Under the pieces are notes generated by a model. That model had not been told where the DNA came from. It ran no database searches and worked only from the letters and a program-made list of their open reading frames with translations. The position numbers were made by a program, and so were the translations under genes. Of a stretch of DNA of 64,000 nt, positions 56,905-64,000 are shown in pieces. The DNA comes from a virus (taxonomy: Duplodnaviria; Caudoviricetes), in the IMG/VR virus record IMGVR_UViG_3300028048_000057, positions 64,001 through 128,000 of that record; one strand, 5' to 3'. Every line of letters starts with the position of its first letter. Within the stretch, counting starts at the first letter, position 1.

Positions 56905-57829
56905 ATTAAAGAATAATATTTTAAATAATACTTTAAGTAATAACTTACTTATTTTTACTTGGAAAGAAAATAACTTTTTAACTTCTCAGTATATTCATGA
57001 AATAGCAAAAGTTAGAGGTCAATCAATTCAATTTGTTGATTCTTTTGAAGAGTTGATGGGCATATCTTCTAATGAAAATGTATTTGGTGAAGATTTTGGA
57101 GAAGGTGTGCTTAAAGTTTTGAGTGTGGATGTTTTTGATGAATTGGCTAATGATTCAATGGTTAATATTGAAAATTCAATCATAGTTTGCAAAGAGATAG
57201 CCAAAGAAGTTAAGCATAGTTATGAAAATTATCCTAATTTAATTGTGGAGTTTCCAAAAATTGAATCTTGGCAAGTTAAAGATTATATTAGGGTAAATTG
57301 TAAAGGTCTTAGTAAAGAATCTATTGAAACTTTATATTCAATTACAAATGGAGATATATTTAGAATAGATAGTGAGTCGGGAAAAATAAGTTGTTTCCCT
57401 ATAGGCAAACAAGATGAATTATTTAGAAAAATGTTATCAAGTGGAGCCTATAGTGATTTAGTCCAACTAAATGTATTTAATTTAGTAAATGCAGTAATCA
57501 AAAGAGATATGACTCTAGTAAGTGATGCTTTAAGAAATATTAATAATATTGATATTGATGCTATAGGATTATCTACTATTCTTCACAATAATATAAAAAA
57601 CATTATAGATATTCAAATGAATAGTAAAGCAACTGCAGAAGAATTAGGGATGAGTGAAAAACAATTTATTGTTATTAAAAAGTACAATTGTGGAAAATTT
57701 AGTGATGGTCAATTAAGAAAATTATTATTATTTTTAGATGAAATTGATTTCAAATTAAAAAGTGGAAAACTTGACATTTCTAATAAAGATAAAGTAGAAT
57801 ATATTGTATGTAAAATGTTAGAGAGGTAA
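56891..57829 (+). CDS. holA: Clamp loader delta-like subunit
   Basis: G.D...I..E..K; NVFNLVNAV; D..LKSG. Confidence 0.7.
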   Translation: MKLSELKNNILNNTLSNNLLIFTWKENNFLTSQYIHEIAKVRGQSIQFVDSFEELMGISSNENVFGEDFGEGVLKVLSVDVFDELANDSMVNIENSIIVCKEIAKEVKHSYENYPNLIVEFPKIESWQVKDYIRVNCKGLSKESIETLYSITNGDIFRIDSESGKISCFPIGKQDELFRKMLSSGAYSDLVQLNVFNLVNAVIKRDMTLVSDALRNINNIDIDAIGLSTILHNNIKNIIDIQMNSKATAEELGMSEKQFIVIKKYNCGKFSDGQLRKLLLFLDEIDFKLKSGKLDISNKDKVEYIVCKMLER

Positions 57830-57831
57830 TT

Positions 57832-57996
57832 ATGGAACTTACACTTGAATATAAAGATTTAAACTATAAAATACATATAGAAGGTGAAGAAGTTAAGGTA
57901 AATAGATTTTTACAAAAATTACATCTCTTTGCTTTAAATGAATTAAATGAAGAAGATTTAGAAGATATTACTATAGATGAGGAAATGATAAGATGA
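57832..57996 (+). CDS. Small hypothetical protein (54 aa, not in the ORF track)
   Basis: GAGGT RBS; ATGA overlap with the next gene. Confidence 0.5.
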   Translation: MELTLEYKDLNYKIHIEGEEVKVNRFLQKLHLFALNELNEEDLEDITIDEEMIR

Positions 57997-58481
57997 ATAA
58001 ATTTGAAAAAATAATGTTTGGTATAATGTTTTGGATTGTATCCTTAACTTGGGGAGCACTTTTAACTATTCCAGGTATCATTATTGCATTATTTGCAATT
58101 TTGTTAGGGGGAACTCTTCATAAAAATGGTTGCACTTTTATTATTGAGGTAGGAAATAATTGGGGAGGTCTTGAAATTGGTGCTATTGCTTTTTGTGGTA
58201 GATATTCACAAAAAGAAGGCCCTTGTTATAATCCAAGTTGGTATGAACACACAAGAGCACATGAATTTGGTCATAATCTTCAACAATTAATTTTAGGTCC
58301 ATTTCAACTATTTTTAGTTTTTATTCCTAGTGCTATTAGATATTGGTATTCTAGAATTCATGGATTAAAACATCCTTATGACTATGCTCTTTTTGAATAT
58401 ATAGCAAGCAAATTAGGATACTATTGGATGAGAAAGTTAGATGCTTCTTTCAAGGAAGAATATACATATAAAAGAAAATAA
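57993..58481 (+). CDS. Membrane protein with an HExxH zincin-like motif
   Basis: TM segments; HEFGH..Q; FE..A. Confidence 0.65.
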   Translation: MNKFEKIMFGIMFWIVSLTWGALLTIPGIIIALFAILLGGTLHKNGCTFIIEVGNNWGGLEIGAIAFCGRYSQKEGPCYNPSWYEHTRAHEFGHNLQQLILGPFQLFLVFIPSAIRYWYSRIHGLKHPYDYALFEYIASKLGYYWMRKLDASFKEEYTYKRK

Positions 58482-58507
58482 GTGTATAATAAACTAGAGG
58501 TAAAGGG

Positions 58508-59521
58508 ATGAAGAAAATATTAATTGTTGGTGATGTACATTGGTCAACTTATTCTTCTATACTAAGAACTAGAGGACTTAAATGTTCTATAAGATTAGAA
58601 AGATTAATTGCAAGTTTAAATTGGTGTGAGCAGTTAGCAATAGAAAAAGGATGCGATAGTGTCCTTTATTTAGGTGACTTCTTTGATAAACCAGAATTAT
58701 ATGGTGAAGAAATTACTATGCTTAATTCTATTAAATGGAATTCACTTCCACATTATTTTATTGTAGGTAATCATGAAAGTGATGTTGCTTCTTTAGAGTA
58801 CAATTCTACAGAGGCACTTAGAAAGAATAATTTTGAGATTATTAATAAACCAACAATAATAGATAATATTGTTATTCTTCCATACATTACAGAAGATGCT
58901 AGACTTCCACTTAAAGATTATTTACAAGGAACAAATAAACCTATTGTTTTTGCTCATAATGACTTAAAGGGAATTAGGTATGGTAAATATGAATCCAAAA
59001 CAGGATTTGAATTAACAGAAATTGAAGAATTAACTTCATTGTATATTAATGGTCATCTTCACAATGGGGCTTGGGTTACTAAGAAAATTTTAAACCTAGG
59101 TATTTTATGTGGTCAGAATTTTGGAGAAGATGCCTTTAATTATGAACATCAAGTTATGATTTTAGATGTGGATACTTTATCTTATGATTTAATTGAAAAT
59201 CCACATGCTATTAATTTTTATAAAATAGAAATAAATACTAGAGAAGATTTTAATTGCATAAAAAATATTAAAAATTATGCAGTTCTTTCTATTAAATGTG
59301 CAAATAGTCTTAAAGAAGAACTCAAAGAAATTCTAGATAAAGACCCTAGAATTCTAACTTATAAATTAGTTATCTATATAGAAACTAAAGATGATACTAC
59401 AAGTGAAGCACAAGTAGAATTAAAAGGATTAGATTATATAGATAGATTTAAAGAATTTATTATTAATAATATGGGCAATGATGAGGTTGTCATGGAAGAA
59501 CTTGAGGAGGTATGTAAATAA
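58508..59521 (+). CDS. SbcD/Mre11-like nuclease
   Basis: GDVH, LGDFFD, GNHE, GHLH. Confidence 0.9.
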   Translation: MKKILIVGDVHWSTYSSILRTRGLKCSIRLERLIASLNWCEQLAIEKGCDSVLYLGDFFDKPELYGEEITMLNSIKWNSLPHYFIVGNHESDVASLEYNSTEALRKNNFEIINKPTIIDNIVILPYITEDARLPLKDYLQGTNKPIVFAHNDLKGIRYGKYESKTGFELTEIEELTSLYINGHLHNGAWVTKKILNLGILCGQNFGEDAFNYEHQVMILDVDTLSYDLIENPHAINFYKIEINTREDFNCIKNIKNYAVLSIKCANSLKEELKEILDKDPRILTYKLVIYIETKDDTTSEAQVELKGLDYIDRFKEFIINNMGNDEVVMEELEEVCK

Positions 59522-61413
59522 TGAATATCACATTCAATAAGTTAACTATCCATCATTTTCTTTCAATGGGAGATTGTGAAATTGATTTGAATAATAGGGG
59601 ATATTGTTTAGTTAGTGGAATCAATAACAACCCTAAAGATGCAGCAAAATCTAATGGTTCAGGAAAATCAACAATTTGGAGTGCTTTATCTTATGTTTTA
59701 ACTGGAAAAACAGTTCAAGGAACTACAAGTGATTTACCTAATAACTTTTATGGAGATGGTTGTTGGGTATCTTTGTCCTTCAATGTTGATGGCCATGATT
59801 ATATAGTTACAAGAAGTAAAGAAGATAAAAATCTTGGAACTAATTTAAAAATTGTTATGGATGGTGTAGATAAGAGTGGTAAAGGCATTCAGGAATCACA
59901 AAAAGCCTTGAGTGATTTACTTCCAGACCTTAATGAAGAATTAATTGGAAGTATTATCATTTTAGGTCAAGGCATGCCAGATAAATTCACTAAAAATACT
60001 CCAGCAAAAAGAAAAGAAATTCTTGAACACTTATCCAAGAGTGATTTTATGATTGAAGACCTTAAGAATAGGGTTACAAATAGAATAAATGCATTAAGTG
60101 CCATGGTAAGAGAAGTGGAAGACACTACTCTTAAAAACAGCACCTTAAAGACTACTTTTAGCCAACAATTAGAAAATGCTAAAGTGGAGTTAGAAAACCT
60201 TATTAAAAGTGTGGAAGACATTGATTTAGATAAAAATATTGAGGATTTGCAATTAAAATTAAATGAATTGGATGAAACAATTAAAAGTTTAAATGAAAAA
60301 ATTTCTCAAATGAATGAAGACATTGAAAAGGCAAATGCCTCTGTTTTAGATGCAACAAACATGAAACAAAATGCAATTAATAAAGTTAGAGAGACTCATG
60401 AACAATATGCTAAAGAGGATAATGAAAAGAAAACTAAATTGAATGGTGATATCTATATTCTTAATAATGAGATAACAAAATTAAAATCAATTACAGATGT
60501 TTGTCCTACATGTGGTCAAAAAATACCTAATGTTAGTAAACCAGATACAAGTACAAAAGAACAAGAATTAGAAGCATTAAGAAAACAATTACAAGAACTA
60601 AATAATATTATTCTTGAAGATAATGAAGAATATCAAGAAATTTTAAAAAAGATTGATGCTGAGTTTAATGGTAATATTCAATCTTTACAAAAGAAGTTAT
60701 CAGAATTAAAAGAAGAATTGAGACAATTTAATCAAAAAGTTTATACTCATAGTAATGATAAAATTATATTAACTCAACAACTAACTTCTTCTAAAGCCAA
60801 GAAAGATACATATTTAGAAAATAAACAAAGAATTGAAAATACAATTAATGATTTAACTAAAAAGGTAAATGAGTTAGAAAAATCATTAGAAGAACTTGCT
60901 ACCAAGAGTAGTAATTTGAAATTACATCAGGATGTAGTCAACAAGATGAACACTTATATTAAAAGAGATTTTAGAGGATTCTTACTTGCCAATGTTATTG
61001 ATTACATTCAATTAAAAGCAAAAGAATATAGTTCTCAAATATTTGATACAGATGAAATTGTATTTGCCTTAGATGGCAATAATATTGATATTTCATTTTG
61101 TGGAAAAGCATATGAAAATCTTAGTGGTGGAGAAAAACAAAGGGTTGACCTTATTGTTCAATTTGCAATTAGAGATATGATGTGCCAATATTTAAACTTC
61201 TCTTGCAATATTTTAGTTTTAGATGAGATTACAGATGCTTTAGATAGTGTAAGTTGTGATAGGGTATTAAACTTTATTACTAAAGAATTAACAAGTGTAG
61301 AAAGTGTATTTATTATTTCACACCATGCAAATGAATTAGATATTGCTTGTGATGGAGAAATTATAGTAATGAAAGATTCAAATGGTGTTAGTGAAGTAAC
61401 AAGTCAATATTAA
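59521..61413 (+). CDS. SbcC/Rad50-like ATPase
   Basis: NGSGKS, coiled coil with CPTC zinc hook, LSGGE, LDE, ISH. Confidence 0.9.
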   Translation: MNITFNKLTIHHFLSMGDCEIDLNNRGYCLVSGINNNPKDAAKSNGSGKSTIWSALSYVLTGKTVQGTTSDLPNNFYGDGCWVSLSFNVDGHDYIVTRSKEDKNLGTNLKIVMDGVDKSGKGIQESQKALSDLLPDLNEELIGSIIILGQGMPDKFTKNTPAKRKEILEHLSKSDFMIEDLKNRVTNRINALSAMVREVEDTTLKNSTLKTTFSQQLENAKVELENLIKSVEDIDLDKNIEDLQLKLNELDETIKSLNEKISQMNEDIEKANASVLDATNMKQNAINKVRETHEQYAKEDNEKKTKLNGDIYILNNEITKLKSITDVCPTCGQKIPNVSKPDTSTKEQELEALRKQLQELNNIILEDNEEYQEILKKIDAEFNGNIQSLQKKLSELKEELRQFNQKVYTHSNDKIILTQQLTSSKAKKDTYLENKQRIENTINDLTKKVNELEKSLEELATKSSNLKLHQDVVNKMNTYIKRDFRGFLLANVIDYIQLKAKEYSSQIFDTDEIVFALDGNNIDISFCGKAYENLSGGEKQRVDLIVQFAIRDMMCQYLNFSCNILVLDEITDALDSVSCDRVLNFITKELTSVESVFIISHHANELDIACDGEIIVMKDSNGVSEVTSQY

Positions 61414-61424
61414 GAGGTGATTAT

Positions 61425-62279
61425 ATGGCATTATATACAAATAATGAAAACTTAAAAGTAGTAGACATGTGTAAAATTTTTGATGAGGAGTTCCCTTTAG
61501 AAAATAGAGATGATAATAAATTATTTAAATATTTATATCTCATAATTTATGCAGTAACCCTTAAAGAAAAACCAACATGGTTTCAAAGATATGAAGATTA
61601 TGATGCGTATGCTACATATAGCACAAAAGTACTATATGGAAGATTTATTAAGCAACAAAAAGAAGGTAAACAACTTAAATCTATTTTAAATTATTTTCAT
61701 GGAGCAATGAATGGTTTAAGAATTAACTTTCAAAGAGAAGAATTTGCAGAAGTAATTAATGCAGAGCATAGTGAATTTATTCCAGAGCAATTTTTGGAAA
61801 ATATGCAAGTTAGTTTATCAAATGAATACTTTGCACAAGAAAGAGAAGATGAAATTACTAAATTACTTAATAATGTACATAAAGTAGCCAAACAAGTTAT
61901 TAAAGAAAGTCCTTATGCAAAAGACTCTATTATGAGTCATAGATTATATATTTCAATGTTATTGACTTTCTTAAGTAATCTAACCATTAATAATAAAGCA
62001 ATGAGTAAATTTAATAAAAAATTAAAGAAAAATGTAAAAGATTCAGATGATATATTTACAAAACTTTTAGAAAAAGAAAAATTAGAGTCTCCTATTTTAT
62101 GGAAACTTGATTCATCAATGAGTGATTATGTTAGATTATTAGTTAATAAAATGAAATTTAAGTTAGCCAATAAATTAAGAGATATAAAAAATTATTATAT
62201 ACTCCCAGAAGATGTTGTGGTTGGAATTATGGCTAGTGCTTATAGTGATGGATATAAAAATGATGTGGAGGAAGAGTAA
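61425..62279 (+). CDS. Hypothetical protein
   Basis: GAGGTG RBS. Confidence 0.65.
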   Translation: MALYTNNENLKVVDMCKIFDEEFPLENRDDNKLFKYLYLIIYAVTLKEKPTWFQRYEDYDAYATYSTKVLYGRFIKQQKEGKQLKSILNYFHGAMNGLRINFQREEFAEVINAEHSEFIPEQFLENMQVSLSNEYFAQEREDEITKLLNNVHKVAKQVIKESPYAKDSIMSHRLYISMLLTFLSNLTINNKAMSKFNKKLKKNVKDSDDIFTKLLEKEKLESPILWKLDSSMSDYVRLLVNKMKFKLANKLRDIKNYYILPEDVVVGIMASAYSDGYKNDVEEE

Positions 62280-62672
62280 ATGCCAAAAAGTAATATTGTA
62301 AAGGAATTAAATAATTTAAGTGCAAAAGATATATTTTCTATGACTTTATTTGCACTATATAAATTAAAAGACAATCCAAAGTATGCAACATTAAGTGAAT
62401 TAGTTTATGTTTTAGATAAAGAAAGTCTTTTTAACTTTTTAAGTGTATTTGAAGGATTAACTATCAATGTACCTAAGTTAAGTGAATTGCAAGAAATTAT
62501 TTATGGGTTAATGCTATTTACATTAGTGAATGTACAAGAAGTTCCTTATGATGAAGCATTTAATCAAGTGTATAAACCTTCTATGGATAGAGAAGCACTA
62601 AAGAAGAGTTATGAAACTATTTGTCAAGTAATTGATGTGAATGAGTTTAAAAGAGAGGGAGACCATGAATGA
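62280..62672 (+). CDS. Hypothetical protein
   Basis: Packed ORF. Confidence 0.6.
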   Translation: MPKSNIVKELNNLSAKDIFSMTLFALYKLKDNPKYATLSELVYVLDKESLFNFLSVFEGLTINVPKLSELQEIIYGLMLFTLVNVQEVPYDEAFNQVYKPSMDREALKKSYETICQVIDVNEFKREGDHE

Positions 62673-62883
62673 TTTTTGTAAAATAGTCTATGAACTAGCA
62701 ACTAAAATAGAGAACCTCCCTTCTAGAAAAGAAACTTTAGAGAAATGTGTTGAAGAAAAACTATTATTTAGTGACACTATGTATAAAGAGCAAATAGAAG
62801 AATCAAAAAAATATTTATTGTCTAGAGATAATTTAAAAGTAGTCAAAACAATTGCAAGAGAAAATAAAAAGAAAGGTGTATAA
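62665..62883 (+). CDS. Hypothetical protein (start at MNDF)
   Basis: GAGGGAG RBS. Confidence 0.55.
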   Translation: MNDFCKIVYELATKIENLPSRKETLEKCVEEKLLFSDTMYKEQIEESKKYLLSRDNLKVVKTIARENKKKGV

Positions 62884-62886
62884 TAA

Positions 62887-63225
62887 ATGATGGAAACTAA
62901 CAAAAATTTAATTAAAGGTCTATCTATATTAACCACAATTAATGAATCACATTTAGAAAGATTAGTGGATTTAAGCAAATTAGTTATTGTAGATGAAATA
63001 GTTGAACAATTAGAACAAGGTCAAGAAATAGTAAAAATTGACATTGGAATTGGTACTTTACTTTTACATTATTCAGGAGAATCCATAAAATTCAAATTTA
63101 CTCCAAATGCTAAATTTGAAGAAGATATTGTTAATGCATGTATCCATAAAGTAAATTTAATTGATGACAAAGTAGAGTCTTCATTGAAAGATAAGATAGT
63201 AAATACATATAAGGATTTAATTTAA
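62887..63225 (+). CDS. Hypothetical protein, possibly HU/IHF-like
   Basis: I..IG.L...KF.P pattern; GTGTATAAT immediately upstream. Confidence 0.5.
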   Translation: MMETNKNLIKGLSILTTINESHLERLVDLSKLVIVDEIVEQLEQGQEIVKIDIGIGTLLLHYSGESIKFKFTPNAKFEEDIVNACIHKVNLIDDKVESSLKDKIVNTYKDLI

Positions 63226-63872
63226 TGATTGAAGATAAAACATTAGTGGAAAAGGAATTAGAACCTCAATTTGAAGAAGATTCTAATGATGTTGAAGAAG
63301 AGCCTTTAACCGAAGAACCAAAGGCCACTTTAACTATAGAATCTCCAGTAGTTGTAGTTGAACCTATTTCACTAAAATCTTCTTCAGATGAAATATTAGA
63401 TAGAATATCAAAAGCAGAAAGTGTGGAAGAGTTAAAAGAATTAACTAGACTCTTTCATTTAAGTCTTGCTAAAAAAGAGGCTTCAAGAGCCTTAACTCAA
63501 AGTGAATTAGTTGATTTATTGTTGGAGCAAGCCAAAGAAAGAATTACTAAGAGAGCAGATGAATTATCACATAAAGATGTGTTAGATTATATAACTGCTT
63601 TTCAAAATTCTCTTGACAAATCTTCAAAATCATTAGATAGTAAAATAGTAGAGGCTCAACCTTTAACTTTAAATCAAACTAATCAAGAAATAAATATTAA
63701 TATTGATTCTGGAAAATCTATTGCTATTGATGAAGAATCTAGAGCAAGAATATTAGATGTTATTAATGCTATTACAAAAGGTAGTGTACAACAAAAAACA
63801 ATACAAGAAATAAGTGATGAAGTTATGACTGTTAAAAGTGATTCTAAAGAAGAACCAAAAGGAGAAGAATAA
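63225..63872 (+). CDS. Acidic helical hypothetical protein
   Basis: TAATG coupling. Confidence 0.6.
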   Translation: MIEDKTLVEKELEPQFEEDSNDVEEEPLTEEPKATLTIESPVVVVEPISLKSSSDEILDRISKAESVEELKELTRLFHLSLAKKEASRALTQSELVDLLLEQAKERITKRADELSHKDVLDYITAFQNSLDKSSKSLDSKIVEAQPLTLNQTNQEININIDSGKSIAIDEESRARILDVINAITKGSVQQKTIQEISDEVMTVKSDSKEEPKGEE

Positions 63873-63875
63873 AGA

Positions 63876-64000
63876 ATGACAAAACATGAGATTGTAAACT
63901 TAATAAAAGAAAGAAGAGCCTTACATGGTGGAATTTTAACCAAAGAAGATTTATTTGATATTGGTATGGCCCATAGACAACTTCCAAAAACAGAAAGAAG
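63876..64000 (+). CDS. Partial ORF running off the window
   Basis: ATG at 63876, open to the end. Confidence 0.5.
   Translation, partial: MTKHEIVNLIKERRALHGGILTKEDLFDIGMAHRQLPKTER

Noticed and set aside
3251-63943. All other minus-strand ORFs and the nested + ORF 28611..28817
   Set aside because: Short, overlapping well-supported + strand genes, with no recognisable motifs
1-64000. Stop-codon reassignment
   Set aside because: Long genes are intact in code 11; TAA, TAG and TGA all end genes at tight junctions; no suppressor tRNA (the Ser anticodon TGA reads TCA)

Overview
A 64 kb segment of a large, very AT-rich tailed dsDNA phage with a contractile (myovirus-like) tail. Lipoprotein style, anaerobic NrdDG and sigmaA-type promoters suggest an anaerobic low-GC Bacillota/Bacilli host (inference). 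All credible genes are on the + strand in the standard code. Layout: tail/baseplate/fibre module (1-11.6 kb); SNF2 helicase, NrdH/NrdD/NrdG and a GIY-YIG nuclease (11.8-17.7 kb); an RNA-centred accessory region (17.7-34.5 kb) with a ROT/TROVE-like-TerD protein, three covarying Y-RNA-like elements, six tRNAs, an AEP-fold protein, a CCA-adding enzyme and a kinase-phosphatase-ligase; then a replication/recombination block (34.5-61.4 kb) with a sigma-like protein, DnaC/DnaB/DnaG, dUTPase, SSB, PolA, beta clamp, three TAGT-like glycosyltransferases, RecU, RecA, three more tRNAs, DnaX/HolB/HolA and SbcD/SbcC. Top candidates for new biology: (1) a leader-peptide attenuator in front of the tRNA operon whose codon run is read by exactly the six downstream tRNAs; (2) a non-canonical Ro/Y-RNA-like RNP system, including a circularly permuted tRNA mimic; (3) a shared EN[LV]FG[DE]DF candidate clamp-binding motif in PolA and HolA. 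All calls come from reading motifs by eye; no database search or folding computation was run.
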